Under the pieces are notes generated by a model. It was not told the origin of the DNA and did no database searches. It saw nothing but the letters and a program-made list of their open reading frames with translations. 64,000 nucleotides of DNA, from IMG/VR virus record IMGVR_UViG_2663763475_000011; one strand, 5' to 3'. This stretch comes from an uncultured virus (IMG/VR IMGVR_UViG_2663763475_000011). Its lineage: Duplodnaviria > Heunggongvirae > Uroviricota > Caudoviricetes. Made by a program: the position numbers and the translations under genes. How positions within the stretch are numbered: position 1 is the stretch's first letter; each line of letters starts with the position of its first letter. Shown piece after piece: positions 19,007-27,316 of this stretch.

Positions 19007-19051
19007 TGGTGGCCCCTGCTGGGTTTGAACCAGCGACCAAGCGATTATGAG
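19007..19051 (-). other. att core: 3' half of tRNA-Ile(CAU), not a complete tRNA
   Basis: Reverse complement CTCATAATCGCTTGGTCGCTGGTTCAAACCCAGCAGGGGCCACCA; no 5' half; adjacent to int. Confidence 0.9.
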
Positions 19052-19122
19052 AACTATGCGCAGCAACGGAAAAACAATAGTTTGCGTTTAAAATCAGGAA
19101 CATATTGTGACAATGATAGCCT

Positions 19123-20151
19123 CTATTTGCCATCATTAACCATCTCTACCGCCACTTTACCGCCACTTGTAGCCAGCGGGTTTAGCTTTGCAGCCTCTTC
19201 TAAATGGTCTGGCGCGAAGTGGGCATAGTGCATTGTCATTTTGATATCTGTATGCCCTAAAACGCGCTGTAAAACTAAAAGATTTCCGCCGTTCATCATA
19301 AAGTGACTTGCAAAAGTATGGCGTAAAACATGCGTAAGCTGGCCTGCAGGTAACTCAATTCCCGTTCTTTCTAATGCTGAGCGAAATGCGCCGTAACAAT
19401 CTGAGAATATTCTGCCGGTCTTATTATCAGGGATGATTTTATAAATATCCTCAGTGATGGGGACTGTCCTGTTTTTTCGGCCCTTAGTTTTTGTAAAGGT
19501 GATTTTGTATTTAGTGATCTGACTTCTTCTCAGACCCTCGGCTTCTGACCAGCGCGCGCCAGTTGCAAGGCAAATTTTTACCAAAGCTTCTAATTCTTTG
19601 TATTCACTCTTTTTGCATTCAGACAACAAGCAATTAATCTGCTCATGAGTGAGCCAGGCCATTTCGGATTCTTCGGTGCGGAATGGCCGTACGTGTTTTA
19701 GAGGATTATCACCTTTCCATTCACCTAATCGGCTTAGCTCGTTAAACACGGCGCGGAAATAGGCAAGCTCTAAATTAAGCGTGCGCGGCGAAACTTCGGT
19801 TACACGATTTGAGCGAGCAAAATCACCTTTCAATCTGCGCTCACGATAGCGAGAAAACATCTGCGCATCGAAATCTTTAGCCAGCGGTTCCCCCATACAT
19901 TCAAAGGCATGATTCATGGCTTTCTGTCGCTTTTCACCATCCTTTAAGGTGATCCCGTGCGCGCCATACCAAGAGGTTATCAAGTCCTTCAGTGTGCGAC
20001 GGTCTTCTTTTTCCTCATGCCAGGGCTGTTGAACCTTATGCTGCTCGTAGGCGATTGCCTCACCTTTGGTGGCGAATTTGGTGCGAGTGCGCTTGCCGTT
20101 GTGATAAATCTCACAGAGCCAGCCGCCAGAGGGCAATTTCCTTACTGACAT
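19123..20151 (-). CDS. int: Tyrosine integrase
   Basis: TGARWSEA, HVLRHTFASHF, LGH, YAH. Confidence 0.96.
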   Translation of the reverse strand: MSVRKLPSGGWLCEIYHNGKRTRTKFATKGEAIAYEQHKVQQPWHEEKEDRRTLKDLITSWYGAHGITLKDGEKRQKAMNHAFECMGEPLAKDFDAQMFSRYRERRLKGDFARSNRVTEVSPRTLNLELAYFRAVFNELSRLGEWKGDNPLKHVRPFRTEESEMAWLTHEQINCLLSECKKSEYKELEALVKICLATGARWSEAEGLRRSQITKYKITFTKTKGRKNRTVPITEDIYKIIPDNKTGRIFSDCYGAFRSALERTGIELPAGQLTHVLRHTFASHFMMNGGNLLVLQRVLGHTDIKMTMHYAHFAPDHLEEAAKLNPLATSGGKVAVEMVNDGK

Positions 20152-20741
20152 TAAGCAACCTCTTTGAAAATACCAACGACACGCCCTAAAACCTTGATCT
20201 CATCCATCCCACATTCGAAAGAAACTTTCCCGCCAGCAACATGCAATTTCTTACCGGGAAGAACAGTAAGTTCTCGTACGCTGACTACTCCATCCACATC
20301 AATAAGCTTAAGGCCATCGGTGACGGTCGGGCTCTCATCGACAAAGTAAAGGGAGGATTCGGCCGCAATACACCTGAGATTTTCCAGATCATAAGAAGAG
20401 TGGCGAGTGTCTAATTTGTAGTCACCAGAAGCCTGTAATTTGCCTTCACTCAATGTGAATTTTTTAAGCGAAGCAATACCATTTTTCGGTAGTCCGCCGG
20501 GCGAGTTGGCTTCGGGCTTCTCGCCTTCCCCTGTCAGAATCCAGTGAAGATCTACGCCCGTTTCAAGAGCGCAAATCGCCGCAAAATCATATGAAACGCT
20601 ATCTCGTGAATAGCGATTTGATAAAGAACTAGCTGCAATATCGAAGTGGCTCGCCAGCTGGATTTTTTGGGTAAAGCCATAGACAGAGCAGATTCTGTCA
20701 AGGATTTGCACGTTGTCTAACTTCGATACATCGAATTTCAT
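20151..20741 (-). CDS. cI: 186-type CI repressor
   Basis: ILDRICSVYGFTQKIQLA, WILTGEG. Confidence 0.92.
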   Translation of the reverse strand: MKFDVSKLDNVQILDRICSVYGFTQKIQLASHFDIAASSLSNRYSRDSVSYDFAAICALETGVDLHWILTGEGEKPEANSPGGLPKNGIASLKKFTLSEGKLQASGDYKLDTRHSSYDLENLRCIAAESSLYFVDESPTVTDGLKLIDVDGVVSVRELTVLPGKKLHVAGGKVSFECGMDEIKVLGRVVGIFKEVA

Positions 20742-20754
20742 TTGTTTATCCGTA

Positions 20755-20783
20755 TTGACCGATTAGCTAATCGGTAGTAAATT
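20755..20783 (+). promoter_or_regulatory. Lytic promoter pR with overlapping palindromic operator
   Basis: TTGACC-17-TAAATT; perfect palindrome ACCGATTAGCTAATCGGT at 20758-20775. Confidence 0.75.
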
Positions 20784-20805
20784 TCGGTTTATCGAAACGC
20801 ACTGA

Positions 20806-20851
20806 TGGCAAACGTTGGCAAAACTAGGCAATCAGTGACAATCATTGGCTA
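20806..20851 (+). promoter_or_regulatory. Apl/Cox binding direct repeats
   Basis: TGGCAA, TGGCAA, AGGCAA, TGACAA, TGGCTA at 10-bp spacing; similar repeats near att (19127-19175). Confidence 0.7.
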
Positions 20852-20868
20852 ACTGGGAATGATGCAAT

Positions 20869-21132
20869 ATGGCTTCTGAAATCGCAATCATCAAAGTGCC
20901 AGCGCCTGTCGTAACTGCTGAGCAGTTCGCAGAGCTGGAAGGTGTTTCCCGTCGTACCGTTTATCGCTGGACTACCGGCGACAACCCGAAACTGCCAATC
21001 GAGCCGCGCACCATCCGCAAAGGCTGCAAGAAGGCGGGCGGGCCGATCCGTATCTACTACGCACGCTGGAAAGAAGAGCAGTTGCGTAAAGCGTTCGGGC
21101 ATTCCCGTTTCCAGCTCATTATTGGCGGCTAA
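20869..21132 (+). CDS. apl: Apl excisionase/repressor
   Basis: MASEIAIIKVP, GVSRRTVYRW HTH. Confidence 0.9.
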   Translation: MASEIAIIKVPAPVVTAEQFAELEGVSRRTVYRWTTGDNPKLPIEPRTIRKGCKKAGGPIRIYYARWKEEQLRKAFGHSRFQLIIGG

Positions 21133-21162
21133 TTCACATTAAGTGAATAGGGAGATTCGCAC

Positions 21163-21672
21163 ATGTTTGATTTTAAGACTTCCACCCATAACCACTATGA
21201 CGACGCCTGCCGCAAGTTTGCGCTCACGCACAACATGGCAGAACTGGCGCAGCGAGCAGGTATGAAAGTGCAGACCCTGCGCAACAAGCTTAACCCGGAG
21301 CAGGTGCATCAGCTGACCGTTCCAGAAGTGCTGTTGCTTACCGACCTGACCGAAGACGCCACGCTGATGGACGGCATGCTGGCGCAGCTGCAATGTCTGC
21401 CGTGTGTACCGGTTAACGAGCTGGCAAAAGAGAAGTTTCCGACGTACGTGCTTAAGGCGACCGCCGAAGTCGGGCATATGGCCGCTAACGCCGCGAACCC
21501 GGAACGCATTACAGCAACCTGTCGTCGCGGCATTCTTGAAGCGGCCAATACCGGGATCCGCTGCATGATGCTGGCCGCGCTCGCCGTGCAGAATCGCGTT
21601 CACTCCAACCCAACTTTAGCCTCAACCGTTGACGCTATCAGCGGGCTGGGTGCTTCGATTGGCATCAGCTGA
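21163..21672 (+). CDS. cII: CII activator
   Basis: QTLRNKLNPEQVHQLT, LPCVPVNE. Confidence 0.92.
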   Translation: MFDFKTSTHNHYDDACRKFALTHNMAELAQRAGMKVQTLRNKLNPEQVHQLTVPEVLLLTDLTEDATLMDGMLAQLQCLPCVPVNELAKEKFPTYVLKATAEVGHMAANAANPERITATCRRGILEAANTGIRCMMLAALAVQNRVHSNPTLASTVDAISGLGASIGIS

Positions 21673-21681
21673 GGGCGCACG

Positions 21682-21885
21682 ATGATTTCATTTGCGGCAC
21701 GCCTCAAGCGTCAGAGTCCGTCAATGTCATACGGGCATGGCTGGATTATGGGCGAGAACGGCAAGCGCTGGCATCCGGTACTGAGCCAGCAGGTACAGGT
21801 AAAAGAGCAAAGAGGTAAAGCATGGCTATCGAGGGCGATTCAATGCTGGTTGAGCTTTCTGCCGGCCAACGGGTTTCGGCGCTGA
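21682..21885 (+). CDS. Fil-like early protein
   Basis: LKRQSPSMSYGHGWIMGENGKRWHP. Confidence 0.75.
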   Translation: MISFAARLKRQSPSMSYGHGWIMGENGKRWHPVLSQQVQVKEQRGKAWLSRAIQCWLSFLPANGFRR

Positions 21886-22163
21886 ATCACGTTGCCTTAA
21901 TCCGCGCGCAGCTGATGGGCGGCAACTGTGAAAAAGATATGACCCGTTTTTTCTCTGAAATGCGCGATGTGACAGACAGTAATTATCAGGACAACAAGCG
22001 CGCACTGAGCGCGATTCTCTTCCTGGCAAACATCGGTAAAGACAGGCACGAGGCTGAATTTAGTGAACTGACTACTGATGAAAGAGCGGCGCTTATTCGT
22101 GCAATGAATCATCTAAAAGCAGTCGTGAGTTTATTTCCGAAGCGAATGGCTCTGCCTAATTAA
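21822..22163 (+). CDS. Dhr/DUF5347-like early protein
   Basis: Position after fil; LIRAMNHLKAVVSLFP. Confidence 0.75.
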   Translation: MAIEGDSMLVELSAGQRVSALNHVALIRAQLMGGNCEKDMTRFFSEMRDVTDSNYQDNKRALSAILFLANIGKDRHEAEFSELTTDERAALIRAMNHLKAVVSLFPKRMALPN

Positions 22164-22232
22164 ATAACCCCAAGCAAATAAATGGCGTACACCCGCCGGG
22201 CATTCTTTTGCCCAAATTCTGGAGAAAGTGAA

Positions 22233-22460
22233 ATGCGAAATATCGAGAAATTTAATTTTGACGCTGACACCGAGGCGCTGGCCGCAGTTATCACCAAGGC
22301 GCGCATTGAGGAGCGCAAAGACCGCGCGCTGGCCGTGTCTGAGCGCCTTGTTGAGCTGGCCGTGCACGTACATCAGCGAGGGCTTTCCGGCATCGAAGCT
22401 GCTGACCTGATCCGCCGCGAGGCAGAGCGCTATCAGAACGAATCACAGGAGCTGCACTAA
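22233..22460 (+). CDS. DUF2732-like early protein
   Basis: ARIEERKDRA...EAADLIRREAE. Confidence 0.8.
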   Translation: MRNIEKFNFDADTEALAAVITKARIEERKDRALAVSERLVELAVHVHQRGLSGIEAADLIRREAERYQNESQELH

Positions 22461-22687
22461 TGGCCGACTCAATGGACATGGCGCAAGCGCGCGCTGAAGA
22501 GCTGCTGGCGCGCAACATCGCCAGCGTGGTTAATCGTCCGGTCAGCGTTGGGGCTTCATTCTGTGAAGACTGCGACGCCCCGATCCCGGAACAGCGCCGC
22601 CGCGCCGTGCGTGGCGTAACTCGCTGTGTCAGCTGTCAGGACATGGCCGAACGGTACGCGAAAGTTTTAAAAGGTGGTGCAGCATGA
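22460..22687 (+). CDS. TraR/DksA C4 zinc-finger protein
   Basis: CEDC...CVSC. Confidence 0.9.
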   Translation: MADSMDMAQARAEELLARNIASVVNRPVSVGASFCEDCDAPIPEQRRRAVRGVTRCVSCQDMAERYAKVLKGGAA

Positions 22688-22980
22688 GCGCAATTCATGA
22701 TTTGAAAATTGGGCCTTTGTATTTCGAGGCGGTATCAAGCGGCAATAAAAAAGCTGAATTAAGAAATAATGACCGAGATTTTAAATGCGGTGATTATCTG
22801 CTTCTACGTGAATGGGAAGGGGAATATACAGGGCAGAAATTATTAGTGGTTGTTACTCATATTCTGCCAGTTGAAAACCTGATCCCCGGCGCAGGGAGTT
22901 GGGTAATCCTTTCTTTTAGGAGTATTGATGAAAACGATACTTTTAAAATCTTGTCCGCTAATTTTGGAGGCGCTGTATGA
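22684..22980 (+). CDS. ASCH/DUF3850 PUA-like protein
   Basis: HDLKI..YFEAV.SG.KKAELRNNDRDFKCGDYL.LREW; AT-rich. Confidence 0.82.
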   Translation: MSAIHDLKIGPLYFEAVSSGNKKAELRNNDRDFKCGDYLLLREWEGEYTGQKLLVVVTHILPVENLIPGAGSWVILSFRSIDENDTFKILSANFGGAV

Positions 22981-23840
22981 GCACCATCCTGAAATGGGCG
23001 GGCGGCAAGACCCGCGTAATGCCGAAGCTGCTTACGCACCTGCCAGCAGGTGATCGCCTGGTCGAGCCCTTCGCCGGTTCCTGCGCGGTGATGATGAGCA
23101 CCGATTACCCTTCCTATCTGGTTGCGGATATTAATCCCGACCTGATCAACCTGTACCGCCAGATAAAGGAGCACACCCGCCCCTTTATCGTTGTGGCGGC
23201 CAGCCTGTTCAATCAGAACACAACCGGGGAAAGCTATTACGCTGTCCGGGAGGCGTTTAATCACAACCCGGCGCTGCCCCTGCTGGAGCGCGCCGCGCAC
23301 TTCCTGTACCTGAACCGCAACGGCTATCGCGGCCTTTGCCGCTATAACCGTCGCGGCGAGTTCAATATCCCTTTTGGTAATTACTCAAAACCCTATTTCC
23401 CGCTGGCAGAAATTGAGGCATTCGCGGAAAAGGCGCAGCGTGCGACGTTTATCTGCGCCGACTTCCGCGAGACGCTGCGCCTGACTAAAGCTGGCGATGT
23501 GGTGTACTGCGATCCGCCATATGACGGGACGTTTTCGGACTACCACTCAGCGGGCTTTAACAAGGATGAGCATCACGATCTGGTCAGCATGCTGATGGAC
23601 GTCTCCGAGCGCTGCCCGGTTGTCGTTTCAAACAGCGACACCCTCTACACCCGCAGCATTTTTCGCGCATTTGACATTACCAAAATCAGCGTAGCCCGCT
23701 CGGTTGGCGTTGCCGCCGGTGAGGGCAAGCGCGCCTCGGAAATCATCGCCGTGCGCCGTCCACAGGGGAGCGCAGTTTTTGTCGGCGTTGATCCGGCGGC
23801 AGGCGCTGGCTGGTCTGCAGAAGTGCAGGCGGTTCAATGA
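22977..23840 (+). CDS. dam: DNA adenine methyltransferase
   Basis: KWAGGK, EPFAGS, YCDPPY. Confidence 0.95.
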   Translation: MSTILKWAGGKTRVMPKLLTHLPAGDRLVEPFAGSCAVMMSTDYPSYLVADINPDLINLYRQIKEHTRPFIVVAASLFNQNTTGESYYAVREAFNHNPALPLLERAAHFLYLNRNGYRGLCRYNRRGEFNIPFGNYSKPYFPLAEIEAFAEKAQRATFICADFRETLRLTKAGDVVYCDPPYDGTFSDYHSAGFNKDEHHDLVSMLMDVSERCPVVVSNSDTLYTRSIFRAFDITKISVARSVGVAAGEGKRASEIIAVRRPQGSAVFVGVDPAAGAGWSAEVQAVQ

Positions 23841-26083
23841 TTCAGGAATACGCTTACCCGTGGAATGCTCCACGGGAAGCCATCGCCAGCCCGTACCCCA
23901 CCTATGAGGAGGTGCACAGCCGCAATCAGATGAATGCGGCTTTGGCGCGTGCGCAGGAGCTACTCGAAAAGCAGCCGACGCTGATCCAGCTCGACGTCAG
24001 GCGTCGCGTCAGCGAGCTTGAAAAGACCCAGGGCATTGCCCGTGCCAATGCGTACTTAGCAAAGACATTTGTTGAGCGCACATTGCCACGCGTTGAATGC
24101 GTCAGTGAGCAGTACCGCCTCGAGGAAATGAGCAGCGGCACGTTTAACCTGCTGGCAGGCAACGCCGTTCAACAGGCTGGCGCGGCCAGCGCGGCCGGTA
24201 CGCTGTGGGAACTGATGCGCCGCTTCAACCGCCTGCCGGATATGGCGCGCGCCGACGTCGATCTGCTGGCCGGGGATGTGGCTAATTTCATCCTCGCCGA
24301 GCTGGTACAGGCGCACGCGCAGGCCAGCGACGAGTCGGATTACCGTTACACACACCGCGTTTACATGACCGCCGCCACTATCACCCGTGAACTGAGCCAG
24401 ACGCCGCCGCTGTGGGAAAAGGTCACGTCCCGCCTGTTCGACCCGGAGGAAGTGACCCCGGCGATCATGCGTATGCAGACCGAAAAGTGGTGGAAGGGCC
24501 GCCTTCGCCGCGTCGCCGCGTCTTGGCGCGAGCACCTGCAGATTGCCCTGGCTAACGTCAGCAAAAAACATACCCCCTACGCCAGCAGCATGACCGTCTC
24601 AGAGTGGCGCGAGCAGAAGCGCCGCACCCGTGAGTTTCTGAAGGGCATGGAGCTGGAAGACGAGGAAGGCAACCGCATCAGCCTGATCGAAAAGTACGAC
24701 GGCAGCGTAGCCAACCCGGCGATCCGCCGCTGCGAGCTGATGACCCGCATTCGCGGCTTCGAAAACATCTGCAACGAGATGGGCTTTATCGGCGAGTTCT
24801 ACACGCTGACCGCCCCGGCGCGCTATCACGCCACAATCAAGACCGGCCATCGCAATCGCAAGTGGAATGGCGCCAGCCCGGCCGACACCCAGCGCTACCT
24901 CTGCGGCGTCTGGCAAAAAATCCGCGCCAAACTGCACCGCGAAGAAATCCGCATCTTCGGGATCCGCGTTGCCGAGCCTCATCACGACGCGACCCCGCAC
25001 TGGCACATGCTGATGTTTATGCGTCCCGAACAGGTTGAGCGCGTGCGCGAGATTATGCGCGACTACGCCTGGCAGGAAGACAGCGGCGAGCTGAAGACCG
25101 ACAAGGCCCGCAAGGCCCGCTTTCACGCGGAGGCTATCGACCCGGAGAAGGGCAGCGCGACGGGCTACGTTGCTAAGTACATTTCCAAGAATATCGACGG
25201 CTACGCGCTGGACGGCGAGACGGACGACGAAAGCGGCAAAGACCTGAAGGAAACCGCCTCGGCCGTTTCCGCCTGGGCGGCCCGCTGGCACATCCGACAA
25301 TTCCAGTTTGTGGGCGGCGCGCCGGTGACGGTTTACCGCGAGCTGCGCCGCATGGCTGACAGCGACACCGCGCACGGCCTCAGCGTTGAGTTTGCGGCCG
25401 CGCATGACGCTGCCGATGCGGGAGACTGGGCAGGATACGTCAATGCACAGGGCGGCCCGTTCGTTCGCCGCGACGAGCTGGCCGTGCGCACCTGGTATCA
25501 GGCCAGCGATGACGTGAACGAATACGGCGAGGAAACCGTGCGCATAAAGGGCGTTTATGCAACTGAAGTTGGCGAAGATACGCCGATCCTCACCCGTCTC
25601 GCGCAGTGGAAGATTGTGCCGAAACGTGCCGTTGATTTGGGTTTTGAATTTAAGGACGCGTCCGCGTCCTCTCGGAGTTCTGTCAATAACTGTACGGGAG
25701 GTTTGAGATCTGAGGATCCGAACCCGCCGGAAAGTTTCGACAATATCGACCTGGACGGCATGAGCAGACGAGAAAGACGGCAGCTGCTGAGCCGGATCAG
25801 GGCACAGGAGCCAGAGAAAAGACATCGGCAGCTGAGGCGGTCGGACAAAATCGAGGCCGCATGCGACAACGTGATAGGCCAGGTGAAGGAATTATGCGGT
25901 GAAACCATCAGCCGCGGTCTGGCCGTGCGCCTGATTGGCGGCACGCAGACCAAGATCGCCGGCCGCCTGTTCCGCAGCTCGGCTTATGGCGATCTGTTCC
26001 GGCCAAAAGTTGAGGCCGATAAAGCAGGAATATTAGAAAGATTTAACAGACTCGCTGAATTGGCCAGGTCTAACAAAGCCTGA
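23837..26083 (+). CDS. A: Replication endonuclease gpA
   Basis: EPHHDATPHWH, GYVAKYISKNIDG. Confidence 0.96.
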   Translation: MIQEYAYPWNAPREAIASPYPTYEEVHSRNQMNAALARAQELLEKQPTLIQLDVRRRVSELEKTQGIARANAYLAKTFVERTLPRVECVSEQYRLEEMSSGTFNLLAGNAVQQAGAASAAGTLWELMRRFNRLPDMARADVDLLAGDVANFILAELVQAHAQASDESDYRYTHRVYMTAATITRELSQTPPLWEKVTSRLFDPEEVTPAIMRMQTEKWWKGRLRRVAASWREHLQIALANVSKKHTPYASSMTVSEWREQKRRTREFLKGMELEDEEGNRISLIEKYDGSVANPAIRRCELMTRIRGFENICNEMGFIGEFYTLTAPARYHATIKTGHRNRKWNGASPADTQRYLCGVWQKIRAKLHREEIRIFGIRVAEPHHDATPHWHMLMFMRPEQVERVREIMRDYAWQEDSGELKTDKARKARFHAEAIDPEKGSATGYVAKYISKNIDGYALDGETDDESGKDLKETASAVSAWAARWHIRQFQFVGGAPVTVYRELRRMADSDTAHGLSVEFAAAHDAADAGDWAGYVNAQGGPFVRRDELAVRTWYQASDDVNEYGEETVRIKGVYATEVGEDTPILTRLAQWKIVPKRAVDLGFEFKDASASSRSSVNNCTGGLRSEDPNPPESFDNIDLDGMSRRERRQLLSRIRAQEPEKRHRQLRRSDKIEAACDNVIGQVKELCGETISRGLAVRLIGGTQTKIAGRLFRSSAYGDLFRPKVEADKAGILERFNRLAELARSNKA
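25671..25695 (+). other. Replication origin in gene A
   Basis: CTCGGAGTTCTGTCAATAACTGTAC. Confidence 0.8.
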
Positions 26084-26240
26084 TTGATGGGCCGTTTTGG
26101 TAAAGCATTGACAAAAAATTGATGTAGATACGGTTTTGGGCGATAGGGGTGCGATGTAAATAAAACGCATCTATATCAGGTAGATAAAAAGTGCTTTTTG
26201 GTGAGACATTTTTCTTTCGAAGATTCTGGAGCCTGTGCTA

Positions 26241-26256
26241 CTGTATAAATAGACAG
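26241..26256. promoter_or_regulatory. LexA box
   Basis: CTGTATAAATAGACAG. Confidence 0.85.
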
Positions 26257-26277
26257 TATATTTATTGGGGAGGGCGC

Positions 26278-26469
26278 ATGGATAACGTTTTGAAAGAGCG
26301 GGTAATGCTTGAGCGGGTAGAGCTGATAGCGAGACTTACATCAGAAGGGATCTGCAGAGAGCGGGATAGGGTGATTGCTTTAAATCTCATTGCTGAGATA
26401 GCGCGTAACACCTCGATAACCAACAAGCAGTTTTCGGTCGTGTTTTCGGCCGTGCCGTTTGAAGAATAA
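26278..26469 (+). CDS. Tum-like antirepressor
   Basis: Behind SOS box, RBS GGAGG; homologous to 3952-4143. Confidence 0.7.
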   Translation: MDNVLKERVMLERVELIARLTSEGICRERDRVIALNLIAEIARNTSITNKQFSVVFSAVPFEE

Positions 26470-26488
26470 CGAGCGAGGTTACGACTGT

Positions 26489-26749
26489 ATGCGAATAGAA
26501 ATCATGCTCGATAAAAATCAAAAGATAAGCCAGCCAGTTATAGATGCTTTTGATGCCGAGGTTAGCCGCCGCGTTTGCGCTCTTTTCCCCGACGCCGAGG
26601 TGCAGGTGCGCCAGGGTAATCATACAAGAATAGAAATGCCGGGCTTAAAGCTCGATGAGGACAGAAGCCGCGTGAACGAGCTGCTGCAGAACGTGTGGGA
26701 AGATGAGAGCTGGCTGATCGAGGTAACGCTGCCAACGTCAAAAGCTTGA
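26489..26749 (+). CDS. DinI-like protein
   Basis: MRIEIMLDK...LLQNVWEDESWL. Confidence 0.85.
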   Translation: MRIEIMLDKNQKISQPVIDAFDAEVSRRVCALFPDAEVQVRQGNHTRIEMPGLKLDEDRSRVNELLQNVWEDESWLIEVTLPTSKA

Positions 26750-26797
26750 TTTTGGCGGCGGCGGAGTTGAACAACGAGCATTGCGAGGCGTTAGGCT

Positions 26798-27055
26798 ATG
26801 GCTAAGAGTGCAGATAAATTCAAAATCGTGCATCGTGGCGAGTCGCTAACTTACTACACGCCGGGCGAATGGGTCTTTTTTCAAAGATCCAAAGAAAGCG
26901 GTGGCGGGTACTGGCTCGGCAGGACATACGATTTTGTTTTCATCATTGAGTTGCCTCAGCCCGTTTCGCTTCATCAGGGTATCCTTTTTCTTAACAGCCT
27001 GGAGCCGCAAAGCACCTTTAAGCTGGAGTCAGCAGACAATTTTAAGCTGCAGTGA
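26798..27055 (+). CDS. Conserved hypothetical phage protein
   Basis: Homologous to 59396-59659 (RGE.L.Y..PG.WV.FQRS.E.GGG.WLG). Confidence 0.75.
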   Translation: MAKSADKFKIVHRGESLTYYTPGEWVFFQRSKESGGGYWLGRTYDFVFIIELPQPVSLHQGILFLNSLEPQSTFKLESADNFKLQ

Positions 27056-27183
27056 GCTATGCATGCATAACGTGCATGGATCTGCATGCGATTACCACAG
27101 CTGAAAACATGCGACGAGGCCAGTGCTGGCCTCGTTTTTTCTGTCTGATGCAACTGCATCAAAAGCGATGCACAAAGCGGGCA

Positions 27184-27202
27184 GGCGTGGCGGGGATAGC
27201 AT
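27184..27202 (+). other. cos cohesive-end site
   Basis: GGCGTGGCGGGGATAGCAT, 19-nt P2/186-type, preceded by AAAGCGGGCA. Confidence 0.88.
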
Positions 27203-27316
27203 TGCGCGCGGCGTACAGACGCTACATTCTTTATATGCGCCTTCCAGCTTAACTTTACATGCCAACAACCCTGTTGTACGTTAACTCATCAAAAAAATAT
27301 TTGGGCCGCTCATCAA

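Noticed and set aside
19007..19051. Functional tRNA gene
   Set aside because: Only anticodon loop to CCA is present; upstream sequence cannot form the D arm or acceptor stem, so it is treated as an att core
24599..25825. 408-aa ORF apparently conserved with 60554-61780
   Set aside because: Antisense to gene A in both; conservation follows from near-identical A genes
26724..27055. Bona fide integron cassette
   Set aside because: No IntI in the window and no proper RYYYAAC/GTTRRRY pair enclosing one hairpin; kept only as a speculative note
27057..27175. ATGCAT-rich palindromes as a CRISPR array or novel repeat
   Set aside because: No regular repeat-spacer period; similar texture precedes the other cos (59280-59385), so read as ordinary cos flank
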